A stretch of 62,039 bases of DNA, counting the filler, from Dugesia japonica (Eukaryota): NCBI GenBank assembly GCA_001938525.1. It is 5 parts of 5 records of this genome, joined end to end, with 100 filler letters (N's around TTAATTAATTAA, not from the genome) between each part and the next. Parts side by side here need not be neighbours in the genome. Positions count along the whole stretch, not along the records: positions 14,925 to 24,474 come from MQRL01599998.1; positions 24,575 to 34,350 come from MQRL01496676.1; positions 34,451 to 50,171 come from MQRL01636888.1; 2 more parts are not named here. The stretch is one strand, 5' to 3'. The notes beneath the pieces were generated by a model. That model was not told the origin of the DNA, did not search any database, and saw only the letters and a list, made by a program, of their open reading frames with translations. Positions 24,055 through 37,399 of this stretch are shown here, piece after piece; the stretch's first letter is position 1; each line of letters opens with the position of its first letter. The position numbers were made by a program, and so were the translations under genes.

Positions 24055-24474
24055 AGTAGAAAGATAGTAGCGCACTGGATCAACCCCTTCCGTCAAGGTC
24101 AAATTTTTTAAAGGTCAGTGATCTAGTATACTCGATTCTGATTGGCTGAAAATTCAAGGTCAAAGATATTTAGTGTACTCGATTTGCATTGGTTGAAATA
24201 ATTCAAGGTTGAATTTTAAGATCAGATTGGTTTAGTTAACTCAGTTCTGATTGGTGTAATATTTCAAGGTCGAGTAAATGTAGGTCAAGGTTAAATGAAA
24301 GTAGGTCAAGGTTATTTCCATGACAACTATCATCTGGGTAGACTTCATATTCATATTTCCCGCGCAGACAAAATACTTTTTGTTTTAATTGGCTGATGGA
24401 TTTATTTATTTTTGTTTAAATTAATTGATTTTGATCATTTGTTTAAATTTACTGATTTTTCAGATTTTTATTTA
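24055..24474 (+). mobile_element. Polinton-type left terminus with TCAAGGT and ATTGG repeats
   Basis: Starts AGTAGAAAGATAGTAGCGCAC immediately after a (TA)n(TG)n tract; nearly matches the rc of the 16434 end. Confidence 0.75.
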
Positions 24475-24574
24475 NNNNNNNNNNNNNNNNNNNNNNNNNN
24501 NNNNNNNNNNNNNNNNNNTTAATTAATTAANNNNNNNNNNNNNNNNNNNNNNNNNNNNNNNNNNNNNNNNNNNN

Positions 24575-25717
24575 AATGACTTTGAATATCTAAGAACTAA
24601 CGAAATCTATAACATTTTTTCCAAAATGGAAAAAACGTGTATTAAAATGGAAATCGAACCAGTTCAAAAAAGGAAAGCAAAACGAAAACGAATGCCAGGA
24701 GAGTATGGTGAAGATGACGGGCCTAATTTGGATAAATTCAAAATTTCTTGTTTTGCAATCATTGATTCAATAATGATGCANTTAAAAGACAGATTTGTTT
24801 CTCTGAAAAATATAGCAGAAGATTTTAATTTTCTGACTGGCAAAGCGTTTCAATCTTTTTCAATGGAGGATTTAGAATCTAAAGCTGGTCTATTATCAGT
24901 CAAATATCCTGAAATAAATAAAGAGCAATTTATAATTGAAATAAAATGCTTTTAACACCTAATGATTGAACTATTGCAAAACAAAAAACCCAGTTACATG
25001 TTTCAATTAGACCTTTTAAATGTTTTCACTACATGGGAATTGCAAGAAACGTACCCGAATATCGAACGATCTCTGAAAATATTTCTTGCAATGCCAACCA
25101 TAGTAGCCACCGCTGAAAAGAGTTTCAGCAAAACAAAAATTATTAAAAACTACTTGAGATCGACGTCAGGCCAACAACGCACATCATCCCTAGCTCTTTC
25201 CATCGAACTTGGACTTACTAGTCAAATAAACTTCAATGAAATAATCACTAATTTTGTAAACATTAAAGTAAGAAAAGTTTAGCTTTGAGCCTTTGATATA
25301 GAACTAGGAGTGTATCAGTGTAGTCTTACTCAGATTTACTTTTAATTGTGAGTTTCTATCTTTATGTATGAGTTAGTGAGTATGACACATTTACACTATT
25401 GTTTTTATTTATAACACATGATACTTCAAATATTGTTGTAGTCTGTATTAACGCAACAATATCCAGTTTTATCCACCAATTTATTTAGTATTATTTAGTA
25501 AATAATAAACTGTAAATTGGTATTGTTCCTGTCTTTTGCATTTTTGATATCCGCGTTGCATGACTGTCACTGTCAGACTACGTAATTATTGTCATAAAGA
25601 AAATAAGAGAAATTCAATTATTTTTTTCTAACAATTAAAAAAGTCGGAAAGCTGAAATTTGTCAAGGACGCCAAAAATAAATTAGCCAAGGGCGTCGAAA
25701 ACCCAGTTACGCCTCTG
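24575..25717 (+). mobile_element. hAT transposon 3' half (ZMYM1-like transposase, hATC dimerisation domain) with 3' TIR
   Basis: IDSIMMxLKDRF; YPNIERSLKIFLAMPTIVATAEKSFSKTKIIKNYLRSTSGQQR; ends ...cccagttacgcctctg. Confidence 0.85.
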
Positions 25718-26024
25718 AAGGCCTAGAAAAAATTGTAAAAGCCGTTCCATTTCTATTAATGACAACGTAGAATTCTACTATAAAATTTTTGAAGTATCTA
25801 TTATATATTATAATATATTATAATATTATAATATAATATTTAGCGAGAAAATTAAATAAAATACAAAACAAGAATCTACTTTAATAGTTTGATAAGTTGG
25901 TACAACTCATTATTAGAATTAAATTATATAATTTCTAAAATTAATAATTTAATTGTATTAGACAAGATTAAGTACAAATTATGATTAAAACAAATTAAAT
26001 TTGCGGATAATCAAATGAACCTAC

Positions 26025-29000
26025 TTTTTAGAAACTTCAGAACGACAATCTATTTCTACTTGATAATTCAGACTAATATTTTCTTGTTGCATCTATTAAA
26101 AAATTTAATCATTATGTTAATTAAAATAAAAAAATATAGCATATTCATAAAAAAANNNNNNNNNNNNNNNNNNNNNNNNNNNNNNNNTTATTTTTATATT
26201 TTATTTTTGTGTTTTTATTTATGTACACAAATTTATATACAAAATTAGTTCTCATAAGGCAGTGGCGAGTTTAAAGAAAATGATACCCTAGGCGCACACT
26301 TTTTGGTGGCCATTTGTACATGTACACTGAGAGTAGTGTGTAGACTTAACCTATGTGTTTATTGCTGGTAGTGGTTCTACTAAGTCAATCAATCAGGAAA
26401 TACCGCTAGTGGAGATTTAGTATGCCTCAAAAGTTTTGAACGTTGACAATTCTCACATCTTCTACACCATTCACGAATATATGATCGCATTCTTGGCCAA
26501 ACATACCTCTCAGTCACCAGCATTGTTGGTTTTACTCCATTTTACTCATTTAAATTCTCTGAACAGGAGTGATTCTGGTAGAATTATTCGCGGTTTGGGT
26601 TATTATATGTCCATAACTATTCCTTCCTAAGAAAAGGAGGATGTTTTCAGTGATACTTCGAAGTTCTCGATTGTTTGTTGTTTGATTATTTCATCCATTG
26701 TTATGTGTTCAATTTCCTTGCTAAGTATGTTTATTCTTGAAAGAGAATCCACTACTATGTTCTCCGACTCCTTCAAATATTCTAATTTGAAAGAAAATTG
26801 AGCGTGGAATTCAAGCCATCTCCATTGTCTGGGATTTGGATCTTTCATAGTGGCAATCTTTAATAGAGGCTGATGGTCTGTCTGTATTGCGAATGTTGTA
26901 GTCGAAGGTTGAGTTGTTTCTCTCTGCAGAAGACAATTTTCTGGATAAAAATGCAATTGGAATATGTTTTCCTTCTGATTCTATTTGCTCCAATGCAGCT
27001 CCGCCTGTTTCTAATAATGCATAAGTTCTTAACATAAACTGTTTTGACTTGTCTGAGTAATTCAATTGCTGTAAATTCAGAAGTACATTTTTGATAGTGT
27101 TAAAAGCATTTGCTTGATCACTGGTCCATTCGATTATGCATCCATTCGATTTTTTCTTTTCCATAAATTAACTTGTAGAGTGGTACTATAATTTCAATAA
27201 AATTTAGAATGAGCCAATGAAAAAGACAACGCAGCCTATAAATCTTTGCAAGCTCTTCAAGTTGATTGGAAGGCTCTTTTCTTTCAAGCTTTTAATTATT
27301 TCAGTTTTAGGAAGGATTCCATTCTCTGATATCTTGAATCATAAGAATACTTGATTCGATCGAAAAATTACATTTATCTGCATTGATCTCCAAAGCAATA
27401 AACTGTATGGTGTTGGTTACTGTTAGATGAGTTTGGAGTACTCATCAGATCATCAATATCAAAATTCAATTCCATAGAAACTTTATTAAAACAAAACTAT
27501 ACTAACACTATCTGTTTATTCAAAAAAATTACAATCCCGTAATTAAAAAAACTTTATTTATTAAAACATTTTCTTTATTATTCAATCGTCATTTTTTAAA
27601 TTTAAAATCAAAAATTTTATTTATTTAAAATTACTTTAATTTAATTTATTTAAAAACATTTTATTTACTTACTTAGTTGTCATTTAAAATTTAAGACAAA
27701 ATTTTCGTTCACTTTAGAAATTTTAATTTATCATTAAAACAAATATTTGTTACTTAAATTTTTCATCAATGATTTAAATCTTTCTTTTAAACAAAAGATT
27801 TTAAAAATGTGATCACCAATGACACAAAATTTCAACTCGCTTTTCAAAACACATTCACAGTTACTTTTTGTACATGATCTTCATGGTCCGCTTCATTTTT
27901 TGAAAGTATGAGAATATCATCAGCGTATGATATCGCAAAGTCTTGATGCTCTCTCAGAATTTATAAATTGAATCTTTGAAAAAAAATAAGCAATTCTTCA
28001 ATCCAAACGGCATTTTGCAGTATTCATATAAACCAAATGGTGTCAAAAATGGAGTTTTGTGAATGTCCTTTTCTGCTATCGGTATCTGTTGATATGCTTT
28101 GTGAGGTCTAATTTGCTGGAAATGGTAGAGTCACTAAGTTTATCCAATAGATCTTGGATTCTAGGTAAAGTGTATTTGTCTGAAAGGTTTAATTACTCTT
28201 CTTTTTCCTTTTCAATTATTTCCAGTCTTCTCGTTTTAATCTTCCCTTTCTTGGCATCTTTATCTGAAATTTGAGATTGTACACATACTTCACGTCTTGG
28301 TCTTGATAACATTTAATATTTCCTTAAATCCTCCTTCTTAAGAAACATTTTAAGTTTTTTCTCATTTCCTTATAATAGCGGTCCATTTTCTCCTTGTACT
28401 GCATACCGTCTTTCGTGATTTCTCTTAATTATTCGATAAGGTCCTTCAAATCTGTTTTGGCTTTTATTTCTTGCTTCTACCTTGATGAGGACATAATCTC
28501 CTACTTTGAATTCTCTATTAGTAGTCACTTCTAAAATTCTTTTCTTATTTATCTCTGAAACGTCTGACTCGTACCACTTTTCTCTGTTAATTTTCTTTCC
28601 AAATAAAATCTCAGCCGGGCTCTTTCCAGTCGTCTTCTACTTTGTTGCATTCATTGTAAATTCTATTTCTGGTAAAATATATGCCTAGTCTGTTGTCTTT
28701 CTTTTCTGAAGTGTTTTATTCAATAAATCTCGAATTGTTCTGAGCTGTTTTTCAATTTTTCCACTTGTATTATGATGATAGGCACTCGAAAGGCCAAATT
28801 TAATACCCAGCTTCAGTTCAAACTTTCTCATAACTCTGGATTCAAAAGCTTTTTCAATCTTATATGACTTCAAACAAATTGGTAGCTTCTAGTCTCTTTG
28901 TCTTCTCTTGAGTTGATCTTGTCACTACTTTGGTCTTCTGGCAAATTCCACAACTACGAGCTATCTTCTGTATTTGACTCCAAANATTCTTTGCACTCTA

Positions 29001-32000
29001 TTTGTCTCTCATATAATCGTACACCTTCTCAACTCCTGTATGACATATTAATTTGTGTAATTCTTCTATTGTTACACGTATTTTGTCACCGAAATTTGAA
29101 TTTTCTTGATTATGTTAAATTTATCCTTCTTTTCTTTTTCAATTGAGTTCAATACTCTTGTTTTAATCTTCCCTTTCTTGGCATCTTGATGTGACAATTG
29201 ACATTGTACACATACTTCACATTTTGGTCTTGATAGCATATCTGCATTACCATTTTGAATTCCTTTTCTATATTCCAACATCATGTCTAGACTACTCATA
29301 ATTAATCAATAGTCTGAAATTGTGACGTAATTGGTTTCTTCGTTGTCATCACAAAAGTTAGAGCTTAGTGATCTGTTCTAAGAGTAAATCTTCTACCGTG
29401 CAAGTAATGTTTGAAATGCATGGAGAAATAATAAACATCCAATAACTCTTTTCACGTAATTCAATATCCATTTTCATGACTCCTCATTGAGTGTGATCCA
29501 TAGGCAACAACTCTTTCTCTGCCTTCTTTATCTATCTATGAGAATTATTCTCTAATTGTATCGAAAATGGCATCTGTGTCTAATATAAATTCTTTATTTA
29601 TGTCTGAAAAACACAATATTGGCGCAGTCATTAGAACTTTCTTCAAACCCTCAAAATCATCGTTTATTTCATCTGTCAATTCTAACTTCTTGTTGCTACA
29701 CAATTGCTTTAAGATCCTTGATCTTCTTTCGTAGTTTTCTGTAGTAATTACAAATTCCTAAGAAATTTCGCAACTTCTTCACGCAGTTAAGCTTGCCAAA
29801 TGTTCTTATTAGTTTTATTTTAGACGGATCAGTTATAACACCATCTCTGCTGATTATGTGCCCAAGAAATTTGATTTCGTTTTGTAGAAACGGAACCTTT
29901 TCTGAATTAATTCTTAAACTAGCCTTTCTTATATTCGTTAATACTCTTTTAATTACTTCATAGTATTCATAAATATCAAGATATACCATGGCTCCATTAA
30001 TTCCACCTATTACTTTTATCATCGTCTCCTGAAATGTTCCCGGTGTAATTTTCAATTTTTTCATTAGTTTTACTGTTGACTTTTCGTACAAGCTGGTATC
30101 CAAAAATCTTCTGCATATCTATTCCTCCTATCAGATCCGGTGTCACTCTTTCAGCAACTAAGAAAGTAACCTCTTTGCAAACTTCATCAATTGTCACTCT
30201 AGTTCTAACTTTCCCAACCATTTCAAGTGTACTATTATTTGCACAACGCAATCTATTATCACTCATTTCTAAATTTACTTCTCGTAATTTATTAAAACAA
30301 CTCAAACTCCTCACGTTAATTCCAGTCCCTGTCTAAAAGACATTTAACTTTATTTCCCTGAATTAGTACCGTAACACTTGGTCTGCCTTCCAATTTATTG
30401 TAAGAAATATTTGTTTTCTGTTTTGCTTCAATTGTTCCAACCCATTCTACTTTTCTATCATCCGCAAAATTTTCCTCTTAAAGAACCTGTATACTTTTCC
30501 GTAACTTCTCCAATATCATCCTACTTTTCAATCCCGTGAGGATAATTACTCACTTCATTTAACCAACCAACTCCTCCACTAGTGGAGCCCTGTCTTTTGG
30601 GTACTGCCTTTTGGAATCACTTTCATATACTTCCTCATACCCATCGTTTGTATTGATTTTTTTCCAAAAAAAAAATCGCATGTACTCGATTATATCGTTT
30701 TCTTGATCTTTCTGCAGTCATAAATTTCTCACTTATTCTTTTCATTTTCAAATGTGTGTAGCACTCTTCTTTTCTATGCCCACCATTACCACATCGTTTA
30801 CACTTCACTTATTGGCATAAACTTCTAATATGGCCAATCTTTCCACAACCAAAACATTTCGATGGTTTTTTATTTGGACAATCTCGACTTATGTCCTTCT
30901 TTATGACAACTCCAGAATTCTACCACTTTTTTTGTCGGACAATTTGCTTCAGTATGACCGATCTTATGACATAATCAACATTCAATATTTTGTTTTTCTT
31001 TGATTTACATGTCTATTCACTGTATGATTTACAGGTTTTTGATAATTTCGACTTGTAACTCTCGCGTAACTTATAACTGCATAAACTTGATCTCTGTTTT
31101 TCTCTACTCGATCTACTTCATTTTCTTCCATATTCTGTAGTTTCGGCAAAGTCACTTTCTATTTCTATTTTTTATCCTCAAATTTGATAGGTATTTTTAT
31201 TAAAAGGCCCTTTTGTTTTACCTTTTAATCGCGTTAGAAAACTTATAATGATAATCTTTTGGAGCATGTACGACTATTTCTGCTCCATTATTTAGAGAAG
31301 TTTTATTCGTTAACTACCTTAAATGTTGACCCATAATATTGTTAATTTATCTAAATTGTTAACAATTTACATGTCATAACGTATCCCATTTGTTTTCTGT
31401 CTACAGTAAATAATTTATATCCATTTTTTTCATCATATATGAGTCACCAGCTAATGTTCTACACTGAAAAAAAATTTGAAAAGGAAATCTATTTACTCGA
31501 TATTTTCGACAATCATTTTTCGTAGTAAATATAGCTTTTCCGACTCTTCCATACTCTTCCGACAATACAATACAATATCCATATTTGCATTTGTGTCACA
31601 GTAACAGTAAGTTTTTGGTTGTAAATTACAATCTGACACAAATTTTGGACATTCAGTTGCATTTCCTACATATTTTTTCATAAGTAATTGTATAATGTAG
31701 ACTTTATTCTATATTATCAATCTGTAATATTTTGTTATTAAAATTCTAATTCTGGATAAATTTTAATCTAAAAAAATCTAATCTATTCTACTAAATTCCT
31801 TCGATTTTATATTTAATTTGTCATCAATTTGTACTAGCCACTTTGTAAGAATTTGGCAGATACATAAAAATTTTGCATCTGTAATATATAAATTACAATG
31901 TTAACTTAATACATAAATATCAAAATATTTCCAATATTCAAGGTTTCCGGAAAGAAATAGAACATATAGAAAATCATTATTAGCATTATTGATATTTAAA

Positions 32001-33307
32001 ATTAAAATGTGTTAACGCACTTTTCCAAAATTTTCAAAAATTAATTCCTGTTTCCATAATATGAATATTTATAATTAACATTTTAAAATTGCTTAATTTA
32101 ATCTTTAAAATATGGAAGTAGGGATTACGAAATGTCAATTTTTAAAGAAAAATAAAATTTAAGAGATTTAGAGTTGAATTATTTTTCAATTATTCTTCAA
32201 CAAATAAAATAGAGAAACTTACTTGAAAATCTAAGTTTGAAGCTCTCAAACTTTCAATTATTTTATCTGATTCTTTTAATTTTTGAACCTAAATTATATA
32301 TAACACATTTAAATAATTGAAATTTACTTTTGAAAACAATTCTTTCTCCATATTTTCTTTCCATTTTTGAATTTTTTCAGCCTCCATTTTAAGCTTCATG
32401 TGTAAAACTTTAAGCCTAAAAATTTAATAAATGTCTACACAATAAATGTCAGTTACTTAGAATTCTCGGAGTCATTTACTTCATTGATATTTAAATTATC
32501 AAATTCAGTTGATGCATTATCCGAAATAGTATTTTTAATTTCAAGAGATTCTGATGAACCCTTAAAAAAATTTTGATTATCGAGATTTTCAAATCTCGTT
32601 GATTCCGTTTTTTCGTTATTAGAAATTTTAAGATTTTCATTGAACTGATTATTATCATTAATACTAATTTCTTCATATACACTTTTAAGACATTCATTGA
32701 ATTTGTTATCAAAAGGTTTTTTAACATCATAAAATGTTTTTTTGGGAGAATTTTGCAATTTCCAACGAATTGGACTTTTACTAATCTTATCATCATTCAC
32801 CATTTTATTTGAATCACCAATTTTATTAAAAAAACTTTTAGATAAAATTGTCGGTGAACTCATACCTTTATTTAAGCTATTTTTATGTAACACATCAAAG
32901 TGATTCAATTTTGATTCTTTAGTTGGGGTTTTTAAAACGTTTAATGGATTCGGAGAAGTAAATTCCATAAAACTTTTACTTTTCAAAAATCTTTCATTAT
33001 CATAATTACTTTTTAGCTTCGAAAAGTTAAATTCTTTGGAAGATATTGGCGATTTCATTTCAATTAAATTGGGTACTGATTCGTTAAAGGGATAAATCCC
33101 AAACTTTTTATTAAAAACATCATCAGTTTTATTCTCCCGGTTTTTGGAAATATTATTTTCTTTGGGAGAATTATTTCTTTGAAAAAAACTTTCATTGCAA
33201 ACTATAATATCATCAGAATCATCTAAATCCACATTATGAATGTTAAAATGACTTTTAGAATTATTATCTTTGGAATTAAAAATTCCTTTTAAAAACGAAG
33301 TTTTCAT
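26025..33307 (-). CDS. SYCP1: Synaptonemal complex protein 1-like, 5' exons: 33307-32457, 32415-32328, 32288-32223, 26092-26025; 3' part not found
   Basis: GT-AG introns of 41 nt, 39 nt and ~6.1 kb keep frame. They give KLKVLHMKLKMEAEKIQKWKENMEKELFSKVQKLKESDKIIESLRASNLDFQMQQENISLNYQVEI, colinear with the conserved SYCP1 N-terminal coiled coil (vertebrate, from memory: LYKEAEKIKKWK..E.EL.QK..KLQEN.KIIEAQRKAIQELQF.NEKVSLKLEE.I). Confidence 0.8.
26400..28200 (-). mobile_element. Gypsy pol remnant (RT-RNase H), split by a solo LTR
   Basis: DKYTLPRIQDLLD, TPFGLYEYCKMPFGLKN, YADDILI, PIAFLSRKLSSAERN, IQTDHQPL, ENIVVDSLSR. Confidence 0.85.
27421..27859. mobile_element. Solo LTR, 439 bp, TG...CA, 5-bp TSD GTTAC
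   Basis: gttac|tgttag...ttcaca|gttac; interrupts RT coding sequence; homologous copies at 44174-44622 and 34197-34350. Confidence 0.85.
28300..31700 (-). mobile_element. Decayed Gypsy element (gag with four CCHC knuckles, PR, RT, RH, IN) inside the SYCP1 intron
   Basis: Knuckles at ~30770-30985; protease ANNSTLEMVGKV...LIGGID; RT VYLD..., IKFLGHIISRDG, LRNFLGICNYYRK; RH FTLRTDH, NGNADMLSR; IN SAYHHNTSGKIEKQLRTI. Confidence 0.85.
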
Positions 33308-34196
33308 TTACAAATAGAAGTTTTGTTAACCAGCGATAATTGTAGAAAACTATTTGAACTCATTCAACAATTTCAAATAACGACAGATTAAAAGAAAAAT
33401 AAATATTTATTAAATATTTAATTATTAAATATTTATTAATTATATTTTCCAAATTCTTAAAAAACTACTTAATTTCCATCAAAAAATTAAAATTTGGTTA
33501 ATTAGTTGATTTATTATTAGTTTTAGCGTAAGTCCATAATCAGTCTAATGATGGATCGCAGAAACGATTTAACAAACTAAATAAATATAACTGTTGTTAA
33601 TGTTGGAGTTTCCAACCATAATGACTTTTGTTCCACCAAAATAAATGCTACCCTTATAATATAGATGAATTCACTTTTGGTTAAATATTCATCCGATTAC
33701 TTTTTTTTCAATAATATCAAAAATTCCATTTGGAAATTGTAATTTTATTTGTATTGTCATTAACTAACTCTTATTGCTAGTAGTAATTTATTACCATTTA
33801 TTAAATTTCATATCTATTTGTAACATGAACATCTTTATATTGGAAACATAAATTATTTCTACTCTGAATTAATTTCTACCTCGAAAAAAACAAATTATCT
33901 GAACTTATTATAAATACTAATTAAAATCATAATTTGCATAATTAATATTTGACTGTAATATATAGCATGCTGCATAACAGATCAGTGTTTGTTTGTTGAG
34001 TAAGGTATGTTGATTGTTCAAATCATACTAACTCCATCCCATAAAAAATGGATTTTTCAAAAAAATTAAAAAACCAAGAAAATTCGTATTTTTCAAATAT
34101 ATACCAGATAAAATATCAAGATTAAGTTTAATTTAAAATTAATTTTTTAAAATCCACTTCTTGTTCCTCCTTTTCTAGATTTTCATTAATAAATAG

Positions 34197-34350
34197 TGTG
34201 AGCAGTTTTGAAAAGCAAGTTGAAATTTTTGTGTGATTGGTGATCTTATTTTTTAAAATTCTCTGTCTAAAAGAGGGATTAAATTATTGATGAAAAATTT
34301 AAATAAACAAATATTAGTTTAAGGATATATTAAAATTATTGAATAATAAA
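34197..34350. mobile_element. Partial copy of the solo-LTR family (runs into a gap)
   Basis: tgtgagcagttttgaaaagcaagttgaaattttt... nearly identical to 44174 onward. Confidence 0.7.
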
Positions 34351-35138
34351 NNNNNNNNNNNNNNNNNNNNNNNNNNNNNNNNNNNNNNNNNNNNTTAATT
34401 AATTAANNNNNNNNNNNNNNNNNNNNNNNNNNNNNNNNNNNNNNNNNNNNTTTCTTTCATCTTTCCGCTTATTAATAATATAATATTTTAATTAATTAAT
34501 TAATATTTTATTTATTTAGGTTTGCTCAACCCCAACGTTATAGACATTACTCAAATATACACATCCATACAAATACTTGTAATTACATTTATAATACATA
34601 TTTACATTATTTAGCATAAATTATTATCATTTTTCTTTTATTTTACAGGTTTCAAATAATATCATATTTTATTGGAATGTAAATTTACTCAACCCTAACA
34701 ATTAAATACATTAAAACTTGCTAACGACAGAATAAATACGTATTTACCTAGAATAATTAAGATTGATTTTCATGTGATTGATTTCATTAGATTATGATAT
34801 TTAGTTTTTTACAAAATTTTAATTGTTACAACAGTACTAATTTACTTCGGATTGTGGATGTGTCGATTGTAGTCAGTCGTAGAATTAATGATCTTGTTTT
34901 ATTTATTTAATTTTCTTATTTTTGCGCAAGAAAATTTTAAATAAACTTTGAAACAAGACAAGATCCTAATTTTAGATTGTATAACTAACTGTAGATCAGT
35001 TGAAGAACAAAATATATCAGATAACACTAATTAAGGAAAATTGAAAACAGGATTATCAAATAGAAATTAATATTTTTATTTGAAATAATTTTGAAATAAA
35101 AAAAATAGATTAAAATATTAGTATTATTAATATTATTA

Positions 35139-35650
35139 CTAGATGGTTTATGAGCGGCAAACAGCCCNNNNNNNNNNNNNNNNNNNNNNNNNNNNNNNAG
35201 AATTTTTATTCAATTAAAATTTTATTTATGCATCGTTATATATTTTACAGAAGAAAAGATAAAAAGATATATAAATGCTGTCGATGTGGTATACAAATTA
35301 GGTCTGCTAAAATGTTTCCCACGAACAACCCACCTTTTAGGTACCTCATTTTGTCTCTATCTTCTTTTTGTCGGATGGACTTCATGTCGCATCTCAGTAA
35401 AATATTTTGTCGCCGTTTCCGGCACATAAGAAAAGCGATATATAGTTGACCGTAGCCGAAAACCAGAAGCTCCATGCCATATGTTCTCCATTGCCTCGCG
35501 AAGAAAACATCGATGCATTTAAGACTTTTCTTAGGCAACATCGTGACTTCATTGATAATTATAAGCGTTGCATCACAGAAAACTGAATCATCATTTGATG
35601 TTAAACACATCGGCGAAACGGATATAAAATGGATAGTGTACCGCATTTCT
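35139..35650 (-). mobile_element. Helitron 3' remnant (internally deleted PIF1 helicase, CTAG end)
   Basis: TLIIINEVTMLPKKSLKCID (DE motif relic) fused to VFGYGQLYIAF (HGQLYVALSR relic); GC-rich hairpin arm then CTAG|T at 35142-35138. Confidence 0.7.
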
Positions 35651-35929
35651 GATATGAAAAGCCAGTAGTTGGACCCAGATCAGTTAAACAGAACTTGTTG
35701 TCAAGCCGAATAGGTTCGAAAAAAAGATATATTATGTGTTCTGTAGAATTATGTGAGTTTTTGGATCCTCAAAAATTATTTTAGGTGAATTATGGCCGAT
35801 TTTAACTCCGAATAACTAGAAATAATGTATGCAATCTGTACAAACGCTATCCTTCTCTAGTAGACAGTGTAATACAGTAATCAAGAAAATAATCATATCA
35901 GTTTTAAAAATATTAAACTAATCCTCTTC

Positions 35930-36200
35930 TGCACCAAGACAATGCACCAAAGCACGTCTCTCAAACCACTCATCAGAAATTTGAAGGTCTTAATGGCTTC
36001 TAACTCCTACTCTATATAGTCTACAGCCAGGAACTAACAATTTCTGATTACTATCTGTTAAATGTCTAATTTCTTGCGAGATCGACAGTTGGGGAATATT
36101 CAGCAGGTTATAAATTGTGTTAAAACATGTTTCACTTCTAAAGAAGCCATGAGGTATCTCTGAGGACTTTTAGAATTAAGTGACATATGATCATAAACCC
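35930..36200 (+). pseudogene. Mariner transposase C-terminal relic
   Basis: LHQDNAPKH and a frameshifted YSP(E)LTISDYYL motif. Confidence 0.6.
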
Positions 36201-37399
36201 AAATAAATTATATTTTGAATATATATTACATTTGTATGTGATTTTATGATTTTTTGAATTTTGTCAATAAAATGTCTATGAATCTATGAACCTTATTATT
36301 GTTTGAAAAAAATGTACTTGGAAAATCCAAACAATGTTTATTAATTTGAAGTTAGTATTAAACTAATGTAAAATTATTTTCATTTTCATTTTTATTTATT
36401 TTTTAAAATGTTGAACTGATCCATGACATGCTTCATCAATCGAAATAATTTGTTTTAATATTTCTAGAGATAGTTATCACACAAATCACATTCAGACGGT
36501 AGATGAATAAAATCTTATTCATGTGGAATAAAATTTTTGCAGGCTGCTAATTTTAATATTTAACCATGCGGGATAAAAATTTTAGTTTTATTATNNNTAT
36601 TTGATTTAGAATTGTACTAATGTAATGTGTTGTAACAAGTTCGATATTACACATTTCAGTAATCCGAACATTTCTTCGCTTCATTGTTTAAAGATAAAAT
36701 GCGAGTCTGAGTTCAATGAAATCATCTTGATAATTAATGAAATTTTAGAAATTGCGTGAAGACCGTAGTTTTTATGATTTTCTAAATCGTATGAAAGAAA
36801 ATAAAGAAGAAAATATGTTAAATTATGAAGAATAGAATTTCTTTTCCCTATAAATAATGTAGGTTTATTCATTCCTGGTGAAAGCTATGTTGACATATTG
36901 AATAATCTATAGTAAAATGGAAAACAATTTTGGTCTTTGCATATCAATGATAAATAAGTGTAAAATTCAGCACTAAAATTACTAAATCAAACTTATAAAA
37001 AAACATCCAATGGAAAGATTTATGTAATTTATTCAATTTATTTTACCATAGACATATACAGTAATCAAGTNAAGAACCTTATCATNTTTAAAAATATTAA
37101 ATTAATTTCTGACAATGTCAATTTTAATAATTGCAATTAGGAATAAAATCAACACGTAATCTGACAAACTTTCAATGAGGAAAGATTGTAGCTTATGATT
37201 ACTGCAGATTATCTGGGATAGAGATTGCAAAAGTAATTGGGAAATCACAATTGACAGTCTTTGAATTTCTTTAAAATTTCAAAGAAACTATCAATTATGA
37301 ACGTAAAACTTGGAATGGAAGATAAAATTCGTCTTGACTTCGGTTTATCTGCACAATTCAGTAAACCTTGATGTAGACTTAATAATTGTATATAGAGAT

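Noticed and set aside
25860-25935. Possible SYCP1 exon 5 (NSNNELYQLIKLLK)
   Set aside because: The nearest acceptor gives the wrong phase and an in-frame stop.
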